Assembly (NCBI GenBank): GCA_048213135.1
Contig: PS015163.1
Coordinates: 92,597 to 125,287 of the forward strand
From: Reclinomonas americana ATCC 50394
Taxonomy: Eukaryota
Length of the DNA: 32,691 nt
Direction: 5' to 3'
A model generated the notes under the pieces. That model was not told where the DNA came from and searched no databases. It worked only from the letters and a program-made list of their open reading frames with translations. Below are positions 9,784-20,506 of the stretch, one piece after another. Position 1 is the first letter of the stretch. Each line of letters begins with the position of its first letter. Made by a program: the position numbers and the translations under genes.

Positions 9784-12700
9784 TCACAGCGGCTTCCACC
9801 ACAGCGCGGTTTCGAGCATGTCGGCCTTGTCTCCGTCACCACAGGCGTGGTGTAGCTGCGTGCAACAGGCGTGAAGTCGTGAGGACACGAACATGCATAG
9901 CACATCAGCAGCTGCCCCCCCCCCCCCCTCACCACCACCAAGTCCGTCTCCTCCGGTATGTCGTTCCATTGTCTCCGCGCGACNNNNNNNNNNNNNNNNN
10001 NNNNNNNNNNNNNNNNNNNNNNNNNNNNNNNNNNNNNNNNNNNNNNNNNNNNNNNNNNNNNNNNNNNNNNNNNNNNNNNNNNNNNNNNNNNNNNNNNNNN
10101 NNNNNNNNNNNNNNNNNNNNNNNNNNNNNNNNNNNNNNNNNNNNNNNNNNNNNNNNNNNNNNNNNNNNNNNNNNNNNNNNNNNNNNNNNNNNNNNNNNNN
10201 NNNNNNNNNNNNNNNNNNNNNNNNNNTAGCAACTCGATTCCGCTGAGTGTGTTGACCTGGTGGAGGTCGAACCAGTCGATGCGCAGCCGACCGAGGCGCA
10301 CATGCACATCCACCAGCGCATTCATGAACTGCTGATCCTGCAGCTCCGACCAGTGCTGATTCAACTGGCCCAGAGCGGCCGCAAACAGTCGCAGCGCGTA
10401 CACAGTCGGTCGCACTGTCCATGCACCCGTGTTGATGCTCAACGCACGCTGGTGGGCGGCGCAAACATGGGATGGAATGCCCTTCTGCAAGCATGGATTG
10501 AAGGGCAAGTTAGAGAGACAAGCCAACTACTACAAGCATTCTCCAAAACTAGCCAGTTGCTCACCGAGCCGAAGTCTGACAAACTATTGGGAATCGTGTA
10601 CGACCAGGGATTGCGGGTACGCTCCCTTGGTACGCCCGCCAGCATCAGCGTCGCATCGTGGTCAGTACCGCCGTAGAGATCGGCGTGGAAGATGATGTCG
10701 GGCGGAATGTCGTACGTCTCCGACGCCGACCACAGTTGCGGCAGGTCCCACACTGGCCGCACAAATACGGCATCCATGTCGGCGTAGAATGGCTGCACAC
10801 CGCATCGCAGCAGCAGGTAGCCATACATGAAACGCAAGTTAATAGCGGGTGGGAAGCCATTCGCATCGTGCGGTCGGTCGACCATCCTGTGCGCGCACAG
10901 AGTGCGTTGGTCTTCGACTCATCGCCCCTCTCCCTAGCACTCTGCTCACCAGCCCGACTCGTCGAGGATCACACCCGCGTCCCGATCAGGTCCCAGTACT
11001 TCCCTGACGGCCGCCACCGTCGTCTCGTCGGCGCACACAATCAGCGGGAGCAGCCGCTCGCCGTGCGCGGCAAAGAACCGGGCCATCCACACTCTTATTA
11101 GTTGCAGATAACGCTCTGAATTCTTTGGCGCCAGCTGTACCGCTGTGAACACCACCAATCGATACGGCGAGGTGGGGCCCGCTTGCATAGTCATGCGCGG
11201 ATTCGCCAACACCGCCGCCAGCCGGTCCAGCATTAGCCGACTCTCCTGCATCGGTGGTTCCTGCAAGGGTAACAGCGACTGTGGGGTGGGGGCGAGGTGA
11301 TTTCCTACGGCAGCTGCCGCCTCCACGAGTGCCGTCTCGTCTGTGAGCACGCGCCACATCTCCGTCTCCAGCTCGCGACAGAGGTCGGCCGGATAGAACT
11401 CAATGCGTGGATACTCGGCCGTCCGCTTGCTGGTGCGCAGTGCGGCCGACAAGGTGTGCACGGGAGGCTCCGAGCGGTCCGGCAATGGTGGAGGCGCCAT
11501 GGTGAGGCTGCGCTGAGCAAACTGCGGACCGAGAAACTCGCACTCCAGTTCGTTTACCACCAGGTCCGCACCTCCTGCCAACAAAGCTGATAAGACAGCG
11601 AGTCCGCATGATGAGAGTACATCACACGTGGCACCACACAAACCTTGCAACGAGAGGCAGCGGAGATCGGCAGGCATCGATGCCTGTGCCGACGAAGAAA
11701 CCGACAATCGCAGCATCGGCGAGGCGTATCTCCACTCAGCGAAGAACTGACGGTTCCGCGCAGCTGGTGTCAGCGTCAATGGTTTTTGCCACTGCAAGAG
11801 TCAAGGTGCGAACATGGACAATGAGCGCAACATGACGCACGTGACGCGGCATAGTTTACGCAACACTCCAGTCGGCAACAAAATCGCAAAATCGCTTGCG
11901 GTTGTCTGCGAGTTTGTTGTCGTCGTTCTGCAAGTGGCATGCATGCCCATAAGTCAGCTTTCGTTTGATGAGACTCGGTACACCTATTGTCCGCAAGGGA
12001 AACTGGCCATGGTAAGCACGGACTTGCAGCACGCTCTCCGCACCTTTGTCAACAAGCTCCAACTCTGCCGCAACACCTCGCGCGCCACATCACTGTCCTC
12101 GCCAACTGCAGCCAACACTGCATCGACGGTGAGACAACTCAGGGTGAGAGCGATGGCGACTCATGATTACTCACCTGCGCCCCACAGTGTTGGCGCCGAG
12201 TACGTGTCCACATGCACATCCTTCGCTTGTGATGAACCCTTGGGCGTCACAGACACAGTCCACTTTCGCGCAGGGTACATGACAAAGCGCGGCACATCCA
12301 TGCGGTACACCATGATTGCCATCTCATCCTCAGTCATTGGTGTGACGGCGCCACATCCAACGCGCCTCAGCTGCATTGTCTGAGGGGCGAAAAGGGTAAG
12401 CGTGCGTGTACGTGCATGTGTGAGACAGACAAGGAAGGAGCAATGACAGCGCTGGCAAACCTGCAGAGCTGTCAGCACGTTGGAGGCGACCCGTTCAACG
12501 AGCTCCTCAGTCAGTGGAGAAGAGAGTGCGTGCGCTGTCAGGGCTTCTCTCACTGCAGGTAGCGGCATGCATTACCAGCATGAGAGAGGAAAGGGTGAAA
12601 CAAAAAGCCGAGCATGCTGCGAACACACACCAGCTTCGCCGACGGTGTCATGCTCATGACTGACAGTCACCACCACCACTTCACCCCCAATGTCGATGAG

Positions 12701-12892
12701 AGGCACCGTCACAACCTGTGCAGACTGTGCAGGATCCAACACACGTCGAGGGATCGCCAGCCGCGGGTCGTCACCCACTGGCTCACCGCGACACACAGTG
12801 AGGAGACAGAAAAAGATGACAAGAGGAAAAAGGAGAGGAAGAGAGCTGGTGCATGGGACACAACACGGAGGCCTTATTCGCATTCCTCGCAT
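9784..12892 (-). CDS. Nucleotide-diphospho-sugar transferase (GT77 / Nucleotid_trans-like) with long N-terminal region, copy A
   Basis: Hydrophobic N-terminus LPLLFPLVIFFCLLTVCRG. GT-A signatures LLRCGVQPFYADMDAVFVRP (DxD), INTGAW, DQQFMN and C-terminal VVLHHACGDGDKADMLETALWWKPL*. About 10 GT-AG introns; small gap at 9984-10226. Start at 12892 or 12883. Confidence 0.75.
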
Positions 12893-12902
12893 CAAATGAG
12901 AA

Positions 12903-12920
12903 GAAAAGCGCGCGAAAATT
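12903..12920 (-). promoter_or_regulatory. Conserved TTTCGCGC (E2F-like) element just upstream of GT copy A; also at 16547-16564 upstream of copy B
   Basis: aaaagcgcgcgaaaattg versus aaaaagcgcgcgaaattg retained about 10 bp upstream of the first in-frame ATG of both paralogs, while flanks have diverged; matches the E2F consensus TTTSSCGC. Confidence 0.35.
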
Positions 12921-13036
12921 GAATGCACTGCGGACAACGCAGCGGACATTACTTACATTTCACCGAAAAGTTATCATGCGCGCGCACCAGCCACAGATGC
13001 TCAAGCAACAACAACTGAACTGAAAAAATGAACGAC

Positions 13037-16000
13037 TTACAGCGGCTTCCACCACAGCGCTCTGATGAGCATGTCAACCTTGTCCCCAGCCCCACAAGCG
13101 TGCACCTGTACAGTGGCACGAATGAGCACATTGATCTGCAGTACCCGTATGGGAACGAAAAAGTCCCCCTCTCACCACCACCAAGTCCGTCGCCTCCGGT
13201 ATGTCGCTCATCTGTCTTCGTGCCACCAGCAATTCGATGCCGCTCACTGCGTTGACCCGGTGGAGGTCGAACCAGTCGATGCGCAGCCGACCGAGGCGCA
13301 CATGCACGTCCACCAGCGCATTCATGAACTGCTGGTCCTGCAGCTCCGACCAGCGCTGATTCAGTTGGCCCACCGCGGCCGCAAACAGTCGCAGCGCGTA
13401 CACGGTCGGCCGTGCTGTCCACACTCCAGTGTTGATGCTCAACGCACGCTGGTGGGCTGCGCAAACACGTGCTGGCACCTTGCCCTACAAGACGCACACG
13501 AAGAATAGTACAGCGGCGCACGCAGTGAGTGAGTGAGTGAGAGCGATGTCGAGAGAGACCCTCAGCCTGCTTACCGGACCAAAGTCCGACAGACTGCTGG
13601 GAATCGTGTACGACCAGGGATTGCGGGTACGCTCCCTTGGCGTCCCCGTCAGCATTAGCGTTGCATCGTGGTCGGCAATACCGTAGAGATCGGCGTGGAA
13701 GATGATGTCGGGTGGGATTTCGTAGACCTTCGACGCCGACCAGAGTTGCGGCAGGTCCCACACCGGCCGCACAAACACGGCATCCATGTCGATGTGGAAG
13801 GGTTGTACGCCACATCGCAGCAGCAGGTAGCCGTACAGCGTACGCAGGTTGATCACAGGCGGGAATCCGGCAGGGTCGCGTGGTCGGTTGACAGTCCTGT
13901 GAGTGCACACAGCGCTTGTTGGTATTGCTGCCCTCTAGCTACACTAACGACCCCGCTCCCTCTCCTCACCAGCCCGACTCATCAAGCAGCACACCCGCAT
14001 CCCGACCAGGTCCCAGCACTGCCTTGACGGCCGTCGCCGTGGTCTCGTCACCGCACACAATCAACGGCAATAAACGATCGCCGTGCGCGGCAAAGAACCG
14101 AGCCACCCATATTCTGATCAGCTCCAGGTAACGCGCAGAGTTCTTCGGCGCCAACTGTACTTCTGTGAACACCACCAGCCGATACGGCGAGTTGGGGCCC
14201 GCTTGCATAGTCATGCGCGGATTCGCCAACACCGCCGCCAGCCGGTCCAGCATTAGCCGACTCTCCTGCATCGGTGGTTCCTGCAAGGGGAACAGCGCAT
14301 TCGGGGTGGGGGCGCGGAAGTCATTCACGGCGGCTGCAGCCTCCGCGAGTGCCGTCTCGTCTGTGAGCACGCGCCACAATTCCGTCTCCAGCTCGCGACA
14401 GAGGTCGGCCGGATAGAACTCAATGCGTGGATACTCGGCCGTCCGCTTGTTGGTGCGCAGCGCGGCCGACAAGGTGTGCACGGGAGGCTCCGAGCGGTCC
14501 GGCAATGGTGGAGGCGCCATGGTGAGGCTGCGCTGAGCAAACTGCGGACCAATGTGCTCACATTCTTGCTCGTCCATCACCAGGTCCGCACCCCCTGCCA
14601 ACGCCGGTAAGACCTCACGAGGCCCAGCGACGAGAATGCACCACCACACGTGACACCACACAAACAAACCGTTCAAGGAGAGACAGAGGAGATTGGCTCG
14701 CATCAACTCCTGTGCCGACGAGGAAGCTGACAGCAGCAGATGCGGCGTGGCGTATCTCCACTCGGCGAAGAACTGACGGTTCCGCGCAGCGACGAGTTTC
14801 TCCGCAGCTGGTGTCAGCGTCAATGGTTTTTGCCACTGCAGTGGACACTAATGGTGAGCTGACGCGGGTGTGTGTCGCGCCATGAATTACGCAACATTCC
14901 AATCGGCAATAAAGTCGCAGAATCGCTTGTGCCGACGGCTTATCCTCCTGTCTTTCTGCTCACAGCATGTACGTCGAGAGAGTCAGCTCGAAAAGGGCAA
15001 TGGGCGGTGAGAGATGGAGTACGATGGATAGAAACTGCGAGTGAGGACGAGAGGGAGAGAGAGAGAGAGAACTGCCAACCCTGCTACCCTCTCCGCACCC
15101 TCAACAACAGGCGCCNNNNNNNNNNNNNNNNNNNNNNNNNNNNNNNNNNNNNNNNNNNNNNNNNNNNNNNNNNNNNNNNNNNNNNNNNNNNNNNNNNNNN
15201 NNNNNNNNNNNNNNNNNNNNNNNNNNNNNNNNNNNNNNNNNNNNNNNNNNNNNNNNNNNNNNNNNNNNNNNNNNNNNNNNNNNNNNNNNNNNNNNNNNNN
15301 NNNNNNNNNNNNNNNNNNNNNNNNNNNNNNNNNNNNNNNNNNNNNNNNNNNNNNNNNNNNNNNNNNNNNNNNNNNNNNNNNNNNNNNNNNNNNNNNNNNN
15401 NNNNNNNNNNNNNNNNNNNNNNNNNNNNNNNNNNNNNNNNNNNNNNNNNNNNNNNNNNNNNNNNNNNNNNNNNNNNNNNNNNNNNNNNNNNNNNNNNNNN
15501 NNNNNNNNNNNNNNNNNNNNNNNNNNNNNNNNNNNNNNNNNNNNNNNNNNNNNNNNNNNNNNNNNNNNNNNNNNNNNNNNNNNNNNNNNNNNNNNNNNNN
15601 NNNNNNNNNNNNNNNNNNNNNNNNNNNNNNNNNNNNNNNNNNNNNNNNNNNNNNNNNNNNNNNNNNNNNNNNNNNNNNNNNNNNNNNNNNNNNNNNTACT
15701 CTGCTGCAACGCCTCACGCGCCACATCATTGTCCTCGCCAACTGCAGCCAACACTGCATCGATACCGAGACAACTCAGTGCGCGAGTGATGGCGTTTCCT
15801 CGTTGCACTCGCGATTACTCACCTGCGCCCCACAGTGTTGGCGCCGAGTACGTGTCCACATGCACATCCTTCATTTGCTGCACGCCGCTCTGCGCCACAG
15901 TCACCGTCCACTTGCGTGAAGGATACATGACAAAGCGCGGCATATCCATGCTGAAAATGGGGTCTGCATTCTCATCCTCAGTCGCCGGCGCGTGGGCATA

Positions 16001-16537
16001 ACATCCGACACGCCTCAGCTGGATCGTCTGAGTCGAGAAGAGTGAGTGAGAGAGAGAGGAGGGGGGGCCACAGGTGGATGATGATACGAACTTGCAACTC
16101 TGTCAGCACACTGTGGGCGACTTGTTCAACAAGCTCCTCAGTCACTAAAGAGGAGAGCGCGTGCATTGCCAACGCCTCTCTCACTGCGTTTGCAAAAGCA
16201 GTATCAGCAGCAGCAGAAAGGGAGAAAAAGCGAACCAATGCAATCAACTTGCAGCACACACACACACACGCTCACCAGCATCGCCGATGGTGTCATGCTC
16301 ATGCCTGACAGTCACCACCACTTCCCCGCCAAAGTCAACGACAGGCACCACCACTTGCTGTGCGGCGAGAGCAGGATCCAACACACGTCGTGGAATTGCA
16401 AGTCGTGGATCGTCACCCAGTGGCTCACCACGACACACAGCGAGCAGAGAGAGAAGGAGGACCAGAGGAAGAAGAAGAAGAGGAAGAGAGTGTGTGAGTG
16501 GGCCGCGACATGGAGGCCGTCTTCGCGTTCGGAGCAT
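13037..16537 (-). CDS. Nucleotide-diphospho-sugar transferase (GT77-like), tandem paralog copy B
   Basis: Same exon order as copy A: MLRTRRRPP...LPLLLLPLVLLLSLLAVCRG; LLRCGVQPFHIDMDAVFVRP; INTGVW; DQQFMN; VHACGAGDKVDMLIRALWWKPL* (TAA 13039-13037). Gap at 15116-15696. Confidence 0.75.
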
Positions 16538-16750
16538 GTTTGTGGGAAAAAGCGCGCGAAATTGTGATTGGTCCCGCCAGCAATCAACGTCGTCGCGCTG
16601 CGGTATGAGCGACAAGCTTCAACATGAGTCTGTGGCGGAAGCACCCTGCAGCCATGAACGTGCACGTGTAGACTTGTTTTTCAATCGCGTGGATCTCTCG
16701 CGATCGAGCTCCGTTCGAATTCCGCCTCACGATCTCCGTTCATTGTTGCT

Positions 16751-17440
16751 TCACTCTCCTCCCTCCTCCCTCACGTGGTACACACTGACCTCCACTCCGT
16801 CGACGCGATCGTGGCTGTACTCCAGCCGACTCTCGTGGAACGTCGAGGTGAACTGCGGCGCTCCCCGCACGTACTCGAGGTAATCCGGCGCCCCGGGATA
16901 GATGACATTGTCGGCCACCACCGTCGTGCCATCGCGCAGCAGCTTGTACTGCTCGAGCAGCTTGATGTCGCGCAAGTACACGTCCTTCCAGTGATCGACA
17001 AACACAAAGTCAAACGACGCAATGCCCGTGCGCTCGGCGAGCTCCGACAGCACATCCTGCGTCGCGCCATTGATAATGTGCACAATGTCGTCGACTCCAG
17101 CAAAGGCCACCATGGCCGTGGCGAGCTCGTAATAGCGCGGGTTCATCTCCACACTGATCAACCGCACCCGCTCCTCCGGGTGAACGTGCCGCAGACGCGT
17201 GGCGATGCGGATGGCGGAGTAGCCGAGGTAGGCGCCCAGCTCCAGCACAGTGCGCGGGGCAGCGCGTTCCAGGGCCTCGTCGAGGATGCGGCCCTTGACG
17301 TCGCCCACGTTCATCAGGAACTGTTGCTCCCAGCCGAAGCGATCGATGGCATCGAGCACACTCTGCGCATCGCCGCGTCGGGCGTGCTCCTGGACAAAGG
17401 CCACAGCTGCGTCTTCGCGTTCTCCACTCGCAGTAGTCAT
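16751..17440 (-). CDS. COMT: Catechol O-methyltransferase (class I SAM-dependent, Mg2+), intronless as seen
   Basis: 229 aa ORF with MNVGDVKG, VLELGAYLGYS, SVEMNP, FVDHWKDVY, VADNVIYPGAPDYL and LEY...VDG, the canonical COMT SAM/Mg/catechol motifs. A gap begins 7 bp upstream, so an extra N-terminal exon cannot be excluded. Confidence 0.92.
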   Translation of the reverse strand: MTTASGEREDAAVAFVQEHARRGDAQSVLDAIDRFGWEQQFLMNVGDVKGRILDEALERAAPRTVLELGAYLGYSAIRIATRLRHVHPEERVRLISVEMNPRYYELATAMVAFAGVDDIVHIINGATQDVLSELAERTGIASFDFVFVDHWKDVYLRDIKLLEQYKLLRDGTTVVADNVIYPGAPDYLEYVRGAPQFTSTFHESRLEYSHDRVDGVEVSVYHVREEGGE

Positions 17441-17679
17441 CGGAGCANNNNNNNNNNNNNNNNNNNNNNNNNNNNNNNNNNNNNNNNNNNNNNNNNNNNN
17501 NNNNNNNNNNNNNNNNNNNNNNNNNNGGGTGTGCGAGCATCGGTGACCCTTAAATTTTTCGAAAGTGAACCCTTAAGTTTTCCTGGGCCTCTTCATGTAC
17601 CCCTTAACTTTTTGGCATCCTTGTACGTCATGGATCCCGGGCAGCTGCAGCCTCACCGCNNNNNNNNNNNNNNNNNNNN

Positions 17680-18394
17680 AACCAGAGCCAGAGGCGGACC
17701 CGGAGAAGTTCGACTGCGACGAATTTGCGTTTCTCCTGCTGCCCATCTTCCTCGCCGTCTCCTTCGCGAACGCGCTTGCCAATGGAACCACCACCAGCTC
17801 CACCACGATAAGACAGTACGGTGTTGACATTGCACTCGCGTGGAACAGCAGTGCAGACCACTGTTCTGAAATGGATTTGAGTGCGACAGCGGAACCACAG
17901 ACGCAAATGAGCCACCACTCACCGATAAGGAACAGCACCGATCTCTGTGCCTGCTGTAGGAGGTCACTTTGCCAGGTAGGTCGCCACGGTACAAGGTCAT
18001 AGTCATTGTTGGTCTGCATGCTTCGCCCTGCATGGGAGGCTGGAGACGAGGAATGCAGTGAGCCGCAAAATGTGCGGAGAATTAACACTGTGCCAGCTGT
18101 GCATGTGCTTGTGTGCTTGAGTGCATGTGTGTGTGTGTGCGTGCGTGCAGTTGCAGTGGTTACCAAGTCTGGCGCAAACGCAACATTTCCGCAGGAGAGA
18201 ATTCGAAGATGCACACTCCACTCCTCGTCTGCTTGGAGAACAGTGAGACTTGCGCGATCTCCACTGTCGGGCAAGGCCAGCTGCTCTAGCACGTGAGTGT
18301 TGAACAGTGTCGTTGTCGATAGCTCAGCAAAACGGAGCGCGCGCTGCGCGCGGCCAGCATGCAGTGGGGTTGTAGGTACGGTTGACGATGCATT
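17680..18394 (-). CDS. Probable fragment of an unidentified spliced gene between gaps
   Basis: Open frame from 18394 (NASSTVPTT...LEQLALPDSGDRASLTVLQADEEWSVHLRILSCGN) ending at a GTTGCG donor-like site followed by a CA-repeat intron-like stretch, plus a further GTGAGT...ttcag intron. The downstream frame is ambiguous. Confidence 0.3.
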
Positions 18395-18658
18395 NNNNNN
18401 NNNNNNNNNNNNNNNNNNNNNNNNNNNNNNNNNNNNNNNNNNNNNNNNNNNNNNNNNNNNNNNNNNNNNNNNNNNNNNNNNNNNNNNNNNNNNNNNNNNN
18501 NNNNNNNNNNNNNNNNNNNNNNNNNNNNNNNNNNNNNNNNNNNNNNNNNNNNNNNNNNNNNNNNNNNNNNNNNNNNNNNNNNNNNNNNNNNNNNNNNNNN
18601 NNNNNNNNNNNNNNNNNNNNNNNNNNNNNNNNNNNNNNNNGCACGAACAATCTAATCA

Positions 18659-18777
18659 AGTTGTCGCACAGGACGATGATAGGGCGGGGGGTGTGTATGA
18701 TGGCTCAGCATTGGAGATCATGCGCTGAGGAGGGAAGTGGTAGCTGCAAGGGAGGAGAAAGAGGAGAAGGAAAAACT
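18659..18777 (+). repeat. Direct repeat copy 1, immediately downstream of the RNA ligase stop
   Basis: agttgtcgcacaggacgatg (20/20) plus a 64-bp core 18714-18777 matching 20245-20308 at 59/64 by manual alignment. Confidence 0.9.
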
Positions 18778-18781
18778 CTGT

Positions 18782-20158
18782 TCACTCATCTTCACCAGCG
18801 CCAGCACCACCATCGCCACGGCGCCTCAGCTTCTCCAGCACCTGGCGACCCCTGTGGAGCATCTCAGCGGTGGGGTCCGCCGGCAGCTCCTCCTCCTCCG
18901 GATCCGCTGGATCCGTCGAAGAGCTGCCTCCTCCAGCAGCCGCCTGTGCCGCCGGCACCAGCACCTCACGGCACTCCTCCAAGGCGTCGCGGCACAACAG
19001 GTCTACCCACGCTTCCTCCGACTCGAGTGCCGACCACTGACGGTTGTACTTGTCCAGCAGGCAGCGGAGACGGTCAGCGGTGACCAGGCGAAGGGCCATC
19101 AGGCGCGGCGTCATCTTGAGCTTGCGCGGCGCAGTCTTCTTCGCAGCACCGGCCGCCGCATGAAGCTCGTTCTTGCCAAAGACCATCTCGCCCTTGTGCT
19201 TGCAGCGAGCGTAGTAGTTGACCCACACGCAGCGGCGGCCGCTCTTGTACTCGCTCACATGCACCAAGGGCTCCGTCTGGCGAATGACGTGACCCTCGCG
19301 CACATACGGCCGAATCGTTGCCAGCGCCGCGGGGTCGTCCTTCAGCACCAGCGCCGGAATTCCCGTCGGCTCCCGCAAGTGATCCAGCGACCACTGCACG
19401 CACTCGGCCAGAGGGCCGGCAAAGATCGTGGTCACGCAGTGCAGGCCCACCAACTCGCACAAAGCCTGCACTTGATCCAGCGGCAGGAAATGCGCCTGCA
19501 GTCGGCGTAGCTCCTCTCCATCGTCCTTCAGCTCGTCGCGATCGACGTCCTCCGCTGCTGATCCTGCCGGCTGCGGGGCCACCACCGCCACGTCGAAAAT
19601 GGCAAAGGCCTTGTCATGGCGGTAGTGCGCACCGACACCCTTCTGGACGCCAGCGCCATACACCTCCCCGTAGAACTGCACCGACACGGCGTCGGGCAGT
19701 GGCAACGGACGCTCCAGTTCGCGCACAAACCGACGAAAGGCCGGCGCCAGTGAGTGCAGGTGAGACCAGGCTCCAAACAAATGCGGTTCGCTGCGACCCT
19801 CGCCGCCCTCTCGTTGGATGACAAGAGGACCCAAGGCCACACTGCGCGAGGCCACGTGCAACGGCAGGTCGTCGTCCACCACTGCATCTGCAGTCAACGG
19901 CACGATAACGGAGCAGTTGGCGCCGTGCAGTTTCTCCGTCACCACACACGGGGCGCCTGGGTGCAAACGGCCACGCGTGTTGTGTACGTGGTCATCCTCG
20001 TCGCCATTGCGCAACCCGCGGTGGAATAACTTCTCGGAGTAGTTGTCGAAGCTGGGGTAGGGCAGGAAGGGTGGCGCGCGCACGTGCACAGACATGGTCC
20101 TCAAAAAGAAACGAGCAGTCTGGCAAGACGCATGAAAAAGTGTGGGCGTTTGTCGCAT
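18782..20158 (-). CDS. ATP-dependent RNA ligase, Rnl2 family (T4 Rnl2 / kinetoplastid REL-like), intronless
   Basis: Motif I VTEKLHGAN (KxHGxN is Rnl2-diagnostic), Ia ASR, III FYGEVYGAGVQKGV, IIIa FAIFDV, IV REGHVIR, V RCKHK. N-terminal FLPYPSFDN; C-terminal domain LVTADRLRCLLDKY...DALEE. ATGs at 20158 (458 aa) and 20095 (437 aa). Confidence 0.88.
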   Translation of the reverse strand: MRQTPTLFHASCQTARFFLRTMSVHVRAPPFLPYPSFDNYSEKLFHRGLRNGDEDDHVHNTRGRLHPGAPCVVTEKLHGANCSVIVPLTADAVVDDDLPLHVASRSVALGPLVIQREGGEGRSEPHLFGAWSHLHSLAPAFRRFVRELERPLPLPDAVSVQFYGEVYGAGVQKGVGAHYRHDKAFAIFDVAVVAPQPAGSAAEDVDRDELKDDGEELRRLQAHFLPLDQVQALCELVGLHCVTTIFAGPLAECVQWSLDHLREPTGIPALVLKDDPAALATIRPYVREGHVIRQTEPLVHVSEYKSGRRCVWVNYYARCKHKGEMVFGKNELHAAAGAAKKTAPRKLKMTPRLMALRLVTADRLRCLLDKYNRQWSALESEEAWVDLLCRDALEECREVLVPAAQAAAGGGSSSTDPADPEEEELPADPTAEMLHRGRQVLEKLRRRGDGGAGAGEDE

Positions 20159-20208
20159 GCGAGGTGAATGAAGTGTTTCGTTGTGCGGACGCGCGTTTAC
20201 ATAACAGT

Positions 20209-20308
20209 AGTTGTCGCACAGGACGATGGACGATGAGTGCGGTAGAGATCATGCGCTGAGGAGGACAGTGGCAGCTGCAAGGGAGGAGAAGGAGGAGAAG
20301 GAGAAACT
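20209..20308 (+). repeat. Direct repeat copy 2, upstream of the RNA ligase start
   Basis: Same two blocks as copy 1 with a shorter spacer between them. Confidence 0.9.
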
Positions 20309-20506
20309 AATTTTCATTGGTGTTCGACCGCGACGTCGCGCTTTTTCGGCCAAAATCGATCACTCTACGAGGTCAGGATCTGCAGCCTTCGCTGCCCCTG
20401 CACACCACAGATGCCTGCGCTCTTGAGCATGCTCGACACCTGGTCTGTGCTTTGACTTGACTTGCACAGCTGCAGGACAAAACCGATCTACTCTCTCGGG
20501 TGGAGC

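Noticed and set aside
17527-17660. AT-rich islet with repeated acccttaa motifs, resembling a telomeric or mobile-element end
   Set aside because: Tiny contig between two gaps with inflated homopolymers, consistent with read errors; there is no regular repeat array.
16775-19821. Long plus-strand ORFs (16775-17827, 18737-19510, 19318-19821)
   Set aside because: Antisense shadows of the GC-rich COMT and Rnl2 coding sequences.
18659-20308. Interpreting the direct repeats as LTRs of a retroelement
   Set aside because: No TG...CA termini, primer-binding site or gag/pol sequence is recognisable; only the ligase lies between them.
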